A stretch of DNA of 64,000 nucleotides, taken from Felis catus (taxonomy: Eukaryota). A model generated the notes under the pieces. The model did no database searches. It saw only the letters and a program-made list of their open reading frames with translations, and was not told where the DNA came from. The position numbers and the translations under genes were made by a program. The stretch's first letter is position 1, and the number at the start of each line of letters is the position of its first letter. Positions 39,077 through 53,077 of the stretch are shown piece after piece. The stretch spans positions 111,166,001 to 111,230,000 of the forward strand of contig NC_058369.1 in assembly GCF_018350175.1 (NCBI RefSeq). Direction: 5' to 3'.

Positions 39077-40219
39077 TTCTGTAAAGTGTCTCATTACATA
39101 GTAATCAAAGGCAAAGAATTTGCAGAATGTATAATTGAACAGTGAAACCACAACAAAGTATTTCTTGAGATTGTTTTAAAAAGCTTTGTCTTATTGTTAC
39201 CTATTGCTTTGAAGTTCCCATTTGCTGTTTTAAAAGTTAAGCTCCATACTATGCATTGATAAAGGTGAGTTTTCTTCAGAGTTCTTTATATACCGTTGAA
39301 TTGCAAGTGTTTTATATGGTTCCATTTTTTTCTAATATTGATCTAGCGAGGCAAGACATTTTAGGGAGAACTAGGTTCTACAGTATAATCTGCTAATGTG
39401 TTTTCAGTTAAAATGCTCTGTAATATTGAATCTTGGAATTCATTATGAGTGACACATTGTGCTAGGTCAGTCTCTACTTTTGTGGCTTGTGTGGGCCAAT
39501 ATAAGTGATAACTATGGCAGAAAGTGAAGCATGTACAAATATTGACTCAGGTCACTCAGCAGTAGCTGGCAGAATTTGGGGTGTTCTCCTGTTGCCAGGC
39601 ATCTTGCTTAACATGTTGGACAGCAGAGCTGTCCAGACAATATTGGAACAATTACTATAAAAGAATTTCCTAGAGTTTATACAGCATTAATGTAAAATAC
39701 ATTTAAAATAAGGAAAACTCATATTTTTACTATGTATTCTTATTTTAGGGTATAAAAGAAAAGCATTTAAATCTAAATCCTGAATTTCTTTTATGGAAAA
39801 CATATCTTCACCCTTTCAGAATCTTTTTTTTTTCCCTTTGGTGTGCATTGTCGAGGGGAAAGGAACATTTTAGATTCAGTAGCCATTTATGTCTACTTGG
39901 AAAGCAGAATCTAATTATGAAAATGTAAGTCTGTGAAATGCTCCTGTCATGTCAAGAATCACTTCTGGTATTTCCCATAATTACTGTTTTGCCATTCTCT
40001 AACTCAAGTTATCTTCACTTACAAGGCTGTTATCAATTTGAATATTTGATAGGTAGTGATCAGAAAGCTAGTTATAAATAGGCCCATTGAGAATAGGGAC
40101 AAGAATGAATATTTTATATCTCTGTGGATTACACCAGTGGAATAATTGTTATGTCTGTTGAGTAAGAAAATTCAATAAAACCCCTTAGAACACTGAAATA
40201 AATCCCCATTCTGAATATT

Positions 40220-40297
40220 TGTTTATTTACTTATCTATTATTTTTATTTAGAGAGTTGCATGTATATGAGTGGGGGAGGGGCAGAGGGGGGAGGGGG

Positions 40298-40351
<54 letters not shown>

Positions 40352-40470
40352 TTGAGAATCTTAAGCAGGCTCCATGCTCAGCATGGAACCCGACACAGTG
40401 TTGGATCCCATGACCGTGAGCCAAAATCAAGAGTCACATGCTCAACCAACTGAGCCACCCAGGTGCCCCC
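40220..40470 (-). mobile_element. Older Can-SINE with long (GA)n
   Basis: gagaatcttaagcaggctccatgctcagc...ccacccaggtgccccc. Confidence 0.9.
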
Positions 40471-40601
40471 CAAATTGAGATTTAAAACTGAGGATTTTGA
40501 TTTTGAAGATGAGAAATTTGAAAATGATGTACGACATAATTTTTTGCCACTGATAGATAATGAAGTGACTCTAAAATTGTATAACCTGGCCAACACTCGC
40601 C

Positions 40602-40603
<2 letters not shown>

Positions 40604-40641
<38 letters not shown>

Positions 40642-40668
40642 ACGCATGCACACATGCATGCACACACA
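40604..40668. repeat. (CA)n microsatellite
   Basis: Long CA run followed by cgtacgcatgcacacatgcatgcacaca. Confidence 0.95.
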
Positions 40669-40899
40669 GACACAGTGTTCAGCATTAAGTGAGTACAGAA
40701 AGTGATATGACCTAAGCTATCTTGGAAGCTAATAGACAAGGAAAAAAGGGAAATGGGGATTTTGATCAAGACAGAGAAACCTAACAGGCCCTGCATCCTA
40801 GGCCTCCTTAGAATTTTACTGACAAAATGACTACTTTCTCAAAATTCTCACTAACATTGCCAGATTTGAAGAGAAGCAAACTGAGTGGATATCCTTAGC

Positions 40900-42560
40900 T
40901 GTTGTTGTTGTTGTTGTTGTTATTTCTTGTGCATGAGAAATAGTAGAAATGACTCTGGAAAAGAAACTAGTGAAATGAAGGAAGGTGAACGAACACTGTC
41001 TCTGGAGAAATGAAGGCTTCAGGGCAACACTCTAAGTTAGGAAAATGATCCATAATTCTTTTTCATGAAATACCCTTCCCCGTCTAACCTTAGATATTCC
41101 ACCAGGAGAAAACATCTTTTTACTGAATCCATGGAATTATCTAATAATTTTTCCCCACAAATGAGGCATCTTAATAAGAACATAAATTCCATAAAACAGG
41201 AACTCAAAGATGAGATGGTAAAACAGTAGCACAAGAGAAAAGGATATTTTAGATCTTGGGAAACAAATGAAAATGAAAAGTGTGATAATTACAGAACAAA
41301 AATATTCATTAGAAATAGCAGGAAGCAGAACAGACACCAGTGAAACTCTTTACCAACAAAGGGGAAAGGTTTAAGACAATCGTAGGGAATGAAAAAGGAA
41401 AATGGATTCAAGCAATTGGAAAGTCAATTAATAAGAAACACAAAGGAAATAAAACAAAAAGATTATTTATATCCCTGAAGTTGATATTCTAAAACATTGA
41501 AACAGAAGATAATTTTGTGAAAAAGAAGAAAGATTATTGCACTGGAAAAGAAAAAAAATAAATTAATCTGTAGACTGAAAGAACTCTCATTTTTTAAGGA
41601 TAGTTTGCTGCAAATGCTCATCACAGAGTCATATTCTAACTGGGCTATTGATTTTCAAATAATAAAAATTCTTCAGGAGTTCATGCAGGTAAAGCAAAGG
41701 TATATGGTGGGGGGAAGGTGGGGAGGAAGGGAATGTATGGGACTCAAGAAGTATCAAGCATATCCAACATTCAGTGACAAAAAATAACGAAGAAAAATCT
41801 TTGAAGTTCAAAAAGAAGTGTAACCCAATGGTCCATTCAGGCAAGAGTTATTAAAATATAGAGAAAATGGGTAGGCAAGTCAGAAATTCCCAAACATGAA
41901 CAAGGCTGCTTCCAATGAAACCCACACAATAAAGAGATGAATAAAAAATGAAATACAGAAGTAGGAAAGGCATAGGCAGATAAATGGGGCAAACCATGAA
42001 TCTATTGAAACAAATATGAGATTGTGGTTACAGGATAGAAAGCAAATTTTATAAAGTAGGGCAACATTCGTAAACATAACCAATATGAGGCATGAGAGAG
42101 AGGTGAGATAGAGTAAAATATGAAAGTGCTGATAGCTTCTTTCTGGGCAGGGACAGACTCCCTGCTGCTTAAAATGGAAACACAGGGGTAAAAGAAAAGG
42201 ACTCCAAACACTGATTTTTTAAAATAATTTAACCTTAGAAAGATCTTCTTGGAAATAGAACCTCATATAGGAAGGAAGCATTTAGTATGTTGATAGTCCC
42301 TTCAGTTGCAGTTTTTAATCCTGATAAAATCATTTAATGTTTTTTAAATAAAAATAACATCAGTGATATCATCTCACTTTTATGAAAGTGTATTTTGTCC
42401 ATGCATCCATCTCCCAGAAGGATTCATACATAGGTTGAAAGAAATCATGGACAGTTTTGTGTGTGTGGTGGTGGGCTGGTTGCTGGGGCCAGAGGATGGG
42501 GGGAATTTTGTTTTTATCATCATACTTTTTCACTTTGTATGAATTTTTACAATATGCGCA
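40900..42560 (+). mobile_element. Highly decayed L1-related element (HAL1 or L1M ORF1 region), approximate ends
   Basis: 1.6 kb strongly A-rich + strand with ORF1-like remnants and an L1ME/HAL1-like 3' end; family uncertain. Confidence 0.4.
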
Positions 42561-42639
42561 TATCTTCTAACAAGTGTTTCTTACAGACCGCACACAAATC
42601 TACTGCGCCAGAATATTAACGGTGTTTAATCCAAGTAGT

Positions 42640-43170
42640 AGGTAAATTGGTTGTGTTCTGCTCTGAGTAACAGAAAATCCTACTCAAAGTGACAAGGAAA
42701 TTTATCACTTAGTTAAAATTGCAGGGTAGTTGACAGCACTAGGTGGTCAATAATGTCAAAAATAATCAGGTCATTCATACCGCTTCCCTCTGTTGGCCTT
42801 AGAGTTGTATCTTCTTCACAGGTCTGTTTCCTCAACAAAGCAGGAGTTGAATGTGGCAGATCCAGGCATTGTGTCTATTTATGCCCGACAAAGTCTGGAG
42901 ACATAGAAGAGATACTTTGCTTCCTTGGATGTTTTCTTTAGGGAAGTTTTACCCAACTTTTCTCCAGCAAATTGTCTTTCATAATTTATTGGCCAGAAAA
43001 GCAGCATCTACCCAGGAACAAAGAAGGACGGGACCACCATGATAGCTCCTTAGAGTCATACTGAGCCTAGGAGATTGGGTGCTGCAGCTGAACGTTTAGT
43101 TTGTATTAGGAAGAAGGAAGGGAGGGTAAGGAATGCATGTTAGCTAGGCACCAGCAGTATTTGCTACAGT
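42640..43170 (+). mobile_element. MaLR solo LTR (MLT1K/L-like)
   Basis: gtaacagaaaatcctactcaaagtg...tttattggccagaa...ggaccaccatgat...gcaccagcagtatttgctaca. Confidence 0.6.
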
Positions 43171-44795
43171 GTGTATGTTGGTGGTTGGAATTTTCTTCTT
43201 GGTACTTTTCTTCAGGTTGTATTTCTCAAAATATAAACAATTAAATGAAGGAAGCAGACCATGTAATTTTTTTCAATTGAATCGTGGGTGTTACTTCATT
43301 TTCATGAAGGTTTTTACATCCATTTTGACACTGATACATTTTTTTACTAGAATTGAATAGGAAACCTTTCTTAGTACTGTTGTTAGAAGGAACCCTAAAA
43401 AGAATAGTTATGGAAGAACACTGGATCTCTGTAGGGTTGTAAATCGCTTTTTAGAGAAGAGGAAAATCAACATTGTAAACTAGTGCATTACAAACATTTA
43501 TTATAAATTTGAGTAAAGTATTCCTTTAATGCTGGCTTTGAGGGATACAGAAAATATTAAGAGAAATTTATTTAATGTATAAACTTTTCTTTACACTGAA
43601 GGAGGATTATTTTTAAAATATTCAAAATGCAATTTCTTTGCCAGTATGTTGTTATAATTATTACATTTTCAGAGTAATGAACAATTTTAACAATCTGGAA
43701 TAGTAACTGCATTTTAACAATTTTTTTCTGAATTGGAATACTTTGAAAACAATTTAATTGGAATAAAAGCCCATGAAAATGACTTTAAAAATAAGCTTTC
43801 AGTAGATGAAATTCAAAGATATTTTGGCATGTGCTTCAAATCAGAGTGGCAGTGCTATGGTCTGTCCCATTCTTGAAAGGAAGATAAAGTGCCAGTGGTT
43901 GGCTTGGATGCATGGTGTCCTTACTATGGGCAATTCTCCCTTTTCTAATTTTGGGAGCTGACAATCTGGAGATGAAGGGATGAGAAAATACCTTGGGTCT
44001 ACTAGTTTCTATTCTTCCCCCACTAAGTCACTTGCAGAAAACAACTTTAACTTAAACAAGAGTTTTTGCAATCCTAACTGCCCCACGTTTTACATATTAT
44101 CAGAGAACATTATGTTTAGGGTTACTCTGTGATGCTCTGGTTCGTGAAAACAAAACTGAGTAATTCTTGTGTTTTAGAAGAGTATCAGTTCCGTTCATTA
44201 TTTTAATGTTAAATTTTCCTTAGTCAAATAAGGGATGGGCCTTTTATATATGGTGTTTTTTAAATACCCAATAATTAAATCCAATGAAAACTACATTTAA
44301 GGAAGAAGGAAATTTACCAAACCACAGACTGTAACTAGTCATTTACTTATGATTAAGCTCTTTGCATGTTGATAAGGTTGGAAAAACCCCAGAACTTCAT
44401 TTTTTTTTTACTTCTTCCCCTCATGGCCTACTGCTTGTATTGAAACATTTTATTTATAATTTATATTCAGTATTGACACAATTTTAGCCCTGTGGATGCT
44501 TTTTTCAATTATTTGAGGTGACTTTTGGTGGGTGTCAAAGACATGACACATATCCAAAGTAGGTTAAAATATTTTTAAATTTTAAAAGTTGAAATTAAAA
44601 ACAAACAAACAAAAAAACCCAAGAAAATTTCACTGAATTTCCATTAAATTGCACATTGTGGCCTGGGAGTTCTCATTTTAGTGAAAATGTGTTTACCCAG
44701 AATGTTCTCAGGGAACCTCATGTAGGGTGAATTAGAAAAGCTGTTGGTGAATAGAACATGATTCAAATTTTACTCTTGATGGTGCTTTCTAAAAA

Positions 44796-45008
44796 TTTTT
44801 TATTTAAATTCTAGTTTATTAATACACAGTGCAGTATTCATTGCAGGTGTGCAATTTGGTGATTCAATACTTACATAGGACCCTCTCACAACAAGTGCAC
44901 TTAATCCCCATCACCTATTTAACCCATCCCCCACCCACCTCCCCTCCAGTAACCTTCAGTTCTTTATAGTAAAGCCTGTTTCTTGGTTTGCCTTTCTCTT
45001 TCTTTGAG
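44796..45008 (-). mobile_element. 5'-truncated carnivore L1 3' end with TSD
   Basis: tttatttaaattctagtt...caagtgcacttaatccccatcacctatttaaccc...; TSD ggtgcttt(c/t)taaa at 44781 and 45009. Confidence 0.88.
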
Positions 45009-45239
45009 GGTGCTTTTTAAATCTGCTTACAAATGAAATTCAGTTGTGTATTTTGAATGTGTCTTTTACATCAGACACCACTCATTTTAGATTTAAAAAT
45101 ACCACAATCAGTTACATTTTCATGATTTTTCTACCACATTCTACTCGGATCTAATTGTTTAGTCTCCACTTAGGAGGTCAGTGTTTGGAGCCATATGTTT
45201 TCATCATTTTTTTTAACATTGTCATTCTTCTTATTAATG

Positions 45240-45440
45240 TAATAAGCTACTGTTTCAGAGGCTTTTTCTGTACCAGGCATTGTTTCATCTTTTAATCTTC
45301 CTTGCAGTTTGGAGAGGTGTGCACTACTTAGAGCAGGATTTGTATTTTGCAGATATGGAAATAGGTTCAGAGGAACTTACTTATGGTGATCATGGGTAGG
45401 AACCAGCAGGGTCAGGTTTGAACTTGGTTTGTTTACCATG
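45240..45440 (-). mobile_element. MIR fragment
   Basis: tgtaccaggcattg...attttgcagatatggaaataggttcagagg...ggtttgaactt. Confidence 0.6.
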
Positions 45441-46481
45441 TCTCTGTTCTTGTTTACCATCTCTCTGCCACTTTTTCTCAAAGAGAAAAATATTTTGCAT
45501 AGGATAATGTGTTTCATATCTGGGGCTAAAAATATTGAATCAGCTATATAGATAAATGTCTAGGCATACTTCTTAGTCCTGGGAGGTTTAAGGCACAAAT
45601 AGGCAACTATGGTGAAAGGCTTGGTTGGAGGAGCCTTATTTCACATTCCCAGGGCTTGATAATGATATTGGAGGAAGTGAACACTGTCCAGGGCTGAGAC
45701 AACTCAAGCCAACCTCTAGAGTTCCATGAGACTGATGATATGCAGAGTAATGAGTACACACTGTGGACAGAACCAGTATCCCCAGTGCATTTGGCATGTT
45801 GTTTGCCAGTGCTCACGGTACATCTTATAAGTCATACATGTAAGGTTTGCACCACTGCAAAATAGCGCATTATAACTAATGTAATTTAGCCGGAGATCTT
45901 TTTTTTTTTTTTTCCTTCAAATGTTAGCTCCATGGGCTTCAGTATTTTTTGACCAAAATGTTTGAATTATATCTACTTCATTCCTTACCTAGAAATGAGT
46001 TGGGCAGGGGGGAGGTTCAATAAAGTCTGTATCTCCACTCAAATCCTTATCTCAACATGCTATGTCAAATTCTTAAGCCAAAAGAATAATCTAGCTAATA
46101 AAATTTTACTCTGCCTATTTTGAATCTGTATTCATCCAATTTGGGCCCAATGTGGACTTTTTAGGCGAAAACTGGATGGTGATGTTTGTATGTACCAACA
46201 TGGTATTACATTTTACTTTATCTTGAGTTAAATTTGTACATTGAATTCACCAGTTAGATACTAATGCAATTATTCAGGAGTCAGCTCCTTGGTTTTCATC
46301 AACTAATTTTTATAATCTTATTGGCTATGAGAATCTTGAGCTATCTTTATGGAATACATCGTGGAGGCATTATTGATTGTCATATTAATGACCAACATAA
46401 TTTATTGCCTTCCAGGCGAAAGGAGCTTTCAGAAGATCATTAAATGCATTAAAATCTGCAGATGCCCACATGTCTGTGGCT

Positions 46482-46773
46482 NNNNNNNNNNNNNNNNNNN
46501 NNNNNNNNNNNNNNNNNNNNNNNNNNNNNNNNNNNNNNNNNNNNNNNNNNNNNNNNNNNNNNNNNNNNNNNNNNNNNNNNNNNNNNNNNNNNNNNNNNNN
46601 NNNNNNNNNNNNNNNNNNNNNNNNNNNNNNNNNNNNNNNNNNNNNNNNNNNNNNNNNNNNNNNNNNNNNNNNNNNNNNNNNNNNNNNNNNNNNNNNNNNN
46701 NNNNNNNNNNNNNNNNNNNNNNNNNNNNNNNNNNNNNNNNNNNNNNNNNNNNNNNNNNNNNNNNNNNNNNNNN
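46482..46773. other. N-block, 292 bp, content unreadable
   Basis: Run of N in unique, SINE-free context. Confidence 0.99.
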
Positions 46774-48846
46774 TGCTTAGGGTGATTGTAGAATTCTTTT
46801 TATCTCTGCCACCTTGACAGAAAAGGGAGAACTTTGGATATTGATGTATAATGCTTGTGGAAAGGCAAAGAGGCAGTCTTGATGCTTTCTGTCACAGAGC
46901 ACAGAAGACTCTGGTTGATGATGACAACAAGAGACACACAGGATTTATTTTTAGAAACAGACATTGCTAAGCTCTCTCTTTGGTGTTAATATGGCTCATA
47001 AACAGGGCTCCTCATTGTTGACCCTTCCAAGGAAAATGGCATTTTATACACACACATATACATACACTCTATTTTTTTTTTACTTTGCAAGAATGACTCT
47101 GTTATTAAGGAGATAACTAGAACTTTTTTAAAGCTAAGAAATCTAAATTTTATAAAATTCCTCCAAAAGATATATAGCACTTTTTAACATTTCATGAAAA
47201 TTGGGTCTAAAGGATGGTTTGTGAAAAACAGTCAAATGTTATAAGTACAATGAATATATAGATTGGCCATAGGTGTGGAAAAATAGGTGAATGTATATTA
47301 TAAATGACTTAATAATAAATTACAATACCTGTAAATAATATCATCTATGTTTCTGGCTTTATTGCAATAATATGTAAAGTATAGCTATAAAAGATCTTAT
47401 AAAAATTATGATTCATTAATTAAGTTGCTGATTTAAGTAGATGAGATAAAAATTTCAGTATATAAAAAGGAGGTATAAGACTTTGCTAGTTGTTCTGGTA
47501 TAACGAACTCTTATTGAACCCAACAAATTTTATGTAAAATAAAATGTACAACTTCACATTAGAGAACTGATCTCTTAGCTTACACTGTAAGTTTAATTCA
47601 GATCTTGGTAATTGATATATTACTTTAAAATTAGAATTGCGATTTTACTCTCTTAAATTTGCATTCTATATTTCCTGATTATTCACTCCTGATTATTCAC
47701 TCATTGTTAGATGCTGAAATGTTAAAGTGCTGTGGTAATACATTTCCTGTTACACATCAATTAAAATGCTTTAGAATGGATGATTCAGTTCTATAGGAAT
47801 ATTCATAAATTTATTATTTATTTACTGAAAACATATTATCTTCTCAAAAGATAAATATTTTTATGTTTGTGTGCAATATAAGAAATCCACAGCCCATTGG
47901 GAACTTGCAGAATGACAGACAAAAACAGGAACACATAGCAATTCATGTGTATTCTCAAGTCAAGATGTAAACAAATTCAGAGGATTGGAAGTAGAAGCAA
48001 TTGTAGTAACCCACTGCACTGCGACCATTCTTAATTAGCAGGTTGAAGATTTGGGGAGATGATGTAAATGCTTGAAGTTTTAGAAGCTGAATTGAAATAG
48101 TCATACATCTGATTTTTGTTTTTTTTTACTCAAAAATATTTGAGAGCCAGCCACATACCAGGTATTATTCTATGCACAGAGGATACATCTATGAAACAAG
48201 ATAAGGAGACATGTATTTGACTGATTGTTCAATTGAATGATGGATAGATAAGGCTACTTTAGATAGTAATAAGTATTAAGGAAAACTGAAAGAAAATTGG
48301 GATAGAAAATGACTGATGGTGGCAAAGGCAGTATTAGAGGAATCACATAAAACCTTTTGAGGACGCTAAGATACAAAGAATATTTCCCCAATAAAAGTTG
48401 GTTTTCCCTCAGCATTCCATTTGATCTAGAACAAACAGAATAAAATCACAGAATAGAGCAGGAGAATGGGGAAATTTTTATTAGTGGATACGTAAGAAAG
48501 TCAGGGGAAGTCTGTTCCCTGGTTTTAGAGACTTTTTCTAATTTCCAAAGAGAAATTTTGTAATGAGGTGATCTCTCCCTAGCATTAATGCTTTGGGCTG
48601 GAAATAAGGACCTTTTTGAACCACTTACCTTGGTTCTTCCCCAAAGGTTCTTCTTTGACCCTCATTCCAGCTTTAACCTCATATATGCAGAAACTTCTTA
48701 CCCAAGCAGTATGAGCCGTGCTAGTACTTTAGTGAAGTGATGAATTCCTCTTACCTGGGAGCCGAAAAGAATGGGGACAGTATATCCTCATCCACTGAAG
48801 TTAGGAATCTGAAAATTTTTTCTCAAATTTGCAATATTGCACACTT

Positions 48847-49098
48847 AAAATTTTTTTTTTTAGAGAGAAAAGCTGCCAGTGGGGAGAGGGCGTAGGGAAA
48901 GAGAATCTTTTTTTTTTTTTTTTTTTTTTTTAGAGAGAGCACAAGCAGAGGAGAGGCAGAGGGAGAGAGAACATCTTAAACAGGCTTTCTTGCTCAGCTC
49001 AGAGCCCAATGTGGGGCTTGATCCCACAACCCTTGGATCATGACCTGAGCCAAAATCAAGGGTCAGTCACTGAACCAACTGAGCTACCCAAGTACCCC
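48847..49098 (-). mobile_element. Can-SINE with duplicated tail module
   Basis: Two poly-T/agagag modules inside one TSD aatattgcacactt (48833-48846, 49099-49112). Confidence 0.9.
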
Positions 49099-49127
49099 AA
49101 TATTGCACACTTTTAAAAGGGGTTATT

Positions 49128-49334
49128 GGGGGCACCTGGATGGCTCAGTCACTTGAGCATCTGACTCTTGAATTCGGCTCAGGTCATGATCCCAGGGCCC
49201 TGGGATTGAGCCCTGAATCGGCTCTGCACTGAGCATAGAACATGCTTATGATTCTCTCTTTCCCTTTGCCTGTCTCCCTTGCTCACACTTTGTCTCTCTA
49301 CAATTAAAAAATAAATAAACTTTAAAAAATAAAT
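49128..49334 (+). mobile_element. Older Can-SINE
   Basis: gggggcacctggatggctcagtc...; imperfect TSD aaa(g/ga)ggttat. Confidence 0.9.
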
Positions 49335-50077
49335 AAAGAGGTTATATAACACAGTATTCATTACACAGGTGTTTATTGAGCCCTTCACAACATGCCAGGT
49401 ATTTAATTCATGGAAATCATGGGATGAATAGCAACTTTCTTGTATGACTATAGAACTGTAACTTCTAAACAAAATGTTTAGAATACACTGTCTTCATCCT
49501 TTTAGGAAGTGGATAAATTTGTGATTAATTTTTATAAAAGTTGAGTAAGGAAGTATTTAAATCTATTTTTAAAAAGGGAGAAACAACAATGTGCTAAAAA
49601 CTATTTTCCCCACATGTTCTGCTTTCTCATGGGTAGGGAGCAATGATAGATACACATAGTAGGATGGACAAATATTTTTGAGGGACTGACACATGATCTC
49701 ACATGCCTGATGCCTCATGGGGTTTTCCCTCAACATTCCAATTGGTCTAAGTCAAATGGAATGAAAGCACAGTTAGAATAGAGCAGGAAGTGTTCTGGAG
49801 CTATTTTAAACTCCACTGAGTTGTGCCTTCTGTAAGGGATGGGGAAGCCTTTACTGGTGGGAAGGTGAGGGAACCAGGGGAAGGAGATCATCTACCATTG
49901 TCTTTAGCTTCAAGAATACTGGGACTGAGCCAAACTCCTGGACAACATGCTTTTTTGGATTCACAGTGTAGCTTGAGGAAAATGTTTAATAACTACATTT
50001 TTTCCTCAAGGATTGTCTCATTTAATCAATTCATTCAATTATTGACTACTTGACAGGTGCATTTTTAGGCTAGATTT

Positions 50078-50087
50078 CTGTGTATGT

Positions 50088-50130
<43 letters not shown>
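50078..50130. repeat. (TG)n microsatellite
   Basis: Long TG run. Confidence 0.95.
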
Positions 50131-50134
<4 letters not shown>

Positions 50135-50169
50135 AACAATCAGCTGTTTCCTTTTTCTGAAATACCCTT

Positions 50170-50510
50170 CTGCTGCTCTGTTCTTTGCTGGAAGAATCCT
50201 AACCCTTACAAAGCATAGTTCAAGTGTCCCCTAACACCCCTTCCCCATCCCCTGCAGCACTTTCCCGGTTATATATATTATCTTCTCCTCAAATCCCCCC
50301 TCTCCCATAGTTCTTTATTACTAACTTAGAAATTTCCACTTTATGTCTTACACTGTGGTTATTTATGTATGTGTGTCCCCATCCCCCCCATTAGTTATAT
50401 TATAAGCTCCAAGAGGAAAAGGATCATGTTTTACTTCTATTTTTATTCCCTACAGTGCCTAGCATATAATTGATCCCTGAGATTATTTTTAGATGAATGA
50501 ATGAGTGATT
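50170..50510 (+). mobile_element. L2 3' end
   Basis: taagctccaagagga...acagtgcctagcatata...gatgaatgaatga. Confidence 0.65.
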
Positions 50511-51966
50511 AAAGAGTACAGTGGTATCAGTCTGTTTTTAAAATTTTTTTTTGATTTTTAAAAAAATGATTTCCTCTTTTATGTATAAAATAAATCCTCA
50601 GTTTTTTGTAAATTGAAAAATGTAAACTTCTTGATCTGTTAAAACTTTAACTGAAAATTAAAACCATTCATTTTAGAATATTAGTCAAGAATAATATCCA
50701 GTGTTTTGACAATATGTATATGATCCCTAAATCTTTCAGTTATTCTTGAGAATGGAATTTTGTAGTATTATTTTTTGACTTGATTTTTAATCAATAATGC
50801 CATGAGATATGTGTCTGCATTCAAAATATTAAGTGTGAAATAGATGATTTAAGACTGTCTGAATATAAATGCATTCTCTTTGGTCCCAGGAGAATAAATT
50901 TGGTTGTGAAAATGATTATAGGTATACTTTTATATTATTCAAACATTGCTTCACATTACATCCTATTTTTCTCCTGTGTGAAATTTTTATGTATAGACAG
51001 CTTTCTTAGATAAAGACAAAAATGGATAGAATTTTTGGTTAATAGCACCAATCTGAAATAGTTTTGCCCCTCAGATTGCTGTTTGGAATTCATCTACATT
51101 TCTTCAGGTATTACTTAATTGGCTATATTATTTGAGAAGAGAACAATGGAAAAGATTTTTTGATAAACAACTTAATAATCAAATGTTGAATGCCAAGGGT
51201 ATCAGTAACTTAAAAAAATTATCTAAAGTAAAATGTCAGAATAGGGAATTCACAGAGTGAGATATTAAGGAAAGACAGATGGAAGGAGTGAATCAATCTC
51301 TGTACCCAGTTTTTCAAGAAGAATGCAATAAATATATTTATGTCTAAGTGGGAGAGGAATGGTAAAGAGAGTAAGTGTAATATAAGTAGGAAAAGATATA
51401 ATTTTTTTCAGGGTAGTCTTTGCTGAGCTTTAAAACTCAGCACAAGAAAGGATACATTAAGGCCGTTAAGGCTAAAAAAATTAATTGAGTTAGTTACTAT
51501 AAATGTGGGCCAAGAAAAGAGTTGGATAATGAAACCAAATTTTGCAACATAGCTGTTGAAGTCAGCTTAATAGGGCACAGGAATGAGTATGTGCCAGTGT
51601 TAAGTCCATGACTTTGCCAATTCTGTTTTCTCATCATTGTGAGTCCATGGTAAGTTTCTAACTGCTATAATAATTGTATTGAGGTGGTACAAATCAAGTT
51701 TGGTCAGCTTTGGATTTAGAAGTTTCTCATTCTTATATTAAATATTATTAAGAATTTGTTCGAGTAAATGTCCAAAGGTTATAATTTTTGGAGCTATACA
51801 AATTAAGTTACTTGGAATCATCTGTTTTCTTTCCTGAAAGGTAAACATAAAAATGTTAGAAAAAATATTTGGATATTAACCTAACCTAAATTGTGTACAG
51901 TAAGAAGGAAAATAATATAAATAATCTCTGGCAAGAAATAATTAAACATAATAAAAACAATGCTTT

Positions 51967-52184
51967 GGGGCGCCTACATGGTTTAGTTGGTTAAACCTTG
52001 GACTCTTGGTTTTGGCTCGGGTCGTAATCTCACAGTTCATGGGTTCAAGCCCCACATCTGGCTCTGTGCTGGCAGTGCAGATCCTGCTTGGGATTCTCTC
52101 TTCCTCTCTCTCTGCCCCTCACCCACTTGTGTGTGCGCGCTCTCTCTCTCTCTCTCTCTGTCTCAAAAAATAAATATACTTAAA
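51967..52184 (+). mobile_element. Can-SINE with 12-bp TSD
   Basis: TSD aaaaacaatgct at 51953-51964 and 52185-52196. Confidence 0.93.
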
Positions 52185-53077
52185 AAAAACAATGCTCCTA
52201 ATATTAAATCACTTCTTTCAGATTTTAATCAAGAGTCAACTCTCAGTGTCTATTATCCCAATAAATAAATGGAAATTCTGCCATATCATTGGCCTGGAAA
52301 GATCAGTGGTCTTTTTTTTTTTTTCTGCAGCAGATAGTATTAAACCTGAATATGAATATAAATCTAGAAAACATTTTGTAAATTCATTCTAGAAAACTTC
52401 ATTAGTTTTTAGATGACTAGAAAGCTTTGTGGACATGGGAGAGAACATATTTCTATTTGATTATCTACTACCCAGTCACCTTCCTTGGGCACTGAACCAA
52501 TATGTAGTAGAAATTTTCTTTATGCTTCCCCAATAATGTATGTGTGAACCATTTTTCACACATACTTGCCATCATTGGATATTGTTAGACTTTAGATATT
52601 TTGGCCAAGCTGAAAGATGAAAAATGGCACAGTATTACTTTTTTATGGTAATTTTTCTGATTACTAGTGGAGCTTAATGTTTTCATATGGTATTAGCTAT
52701 TTGGGTTTTCTTTTATAGAGAGAGAATTCCATGAATGAAAGAATGGTTAAAGGAAAAAAGTCTATCAGTGAATGTCACCCTGTTAACAGATTAAATGAAA
52801 AAATAATATGATCATCTCATTAGAGAAAAACATTGAGTAAAATCCAGTGCCCTTCCAGGATAGAAACTCCTCATAAACTAAGAATAGTTTATGATAGTAG
52901 GCATTATCAAACAAAGCCTTATCTGAAATTTTATTTTTGCTTGTAAAAGTAAAACACATTTTCTTTAGTGTCAGGAAGTTTATCTTTGGAGATCCTAATC
53001 AAGACATGAGCATTCAATAAGATGTGTAAAAACCTGAAAGGAAAAGGAATTAATCCAACTAATAAAGAGTTCAGTTA

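Noticed and set aside
47674-47701. 14-bp tandem duplication cctgattattcact x2; similar small repeats near 7581-7624 and 45428-45459
   Set aside because: Ordinary slippage events; no spacer array, so not CRISPR-like.
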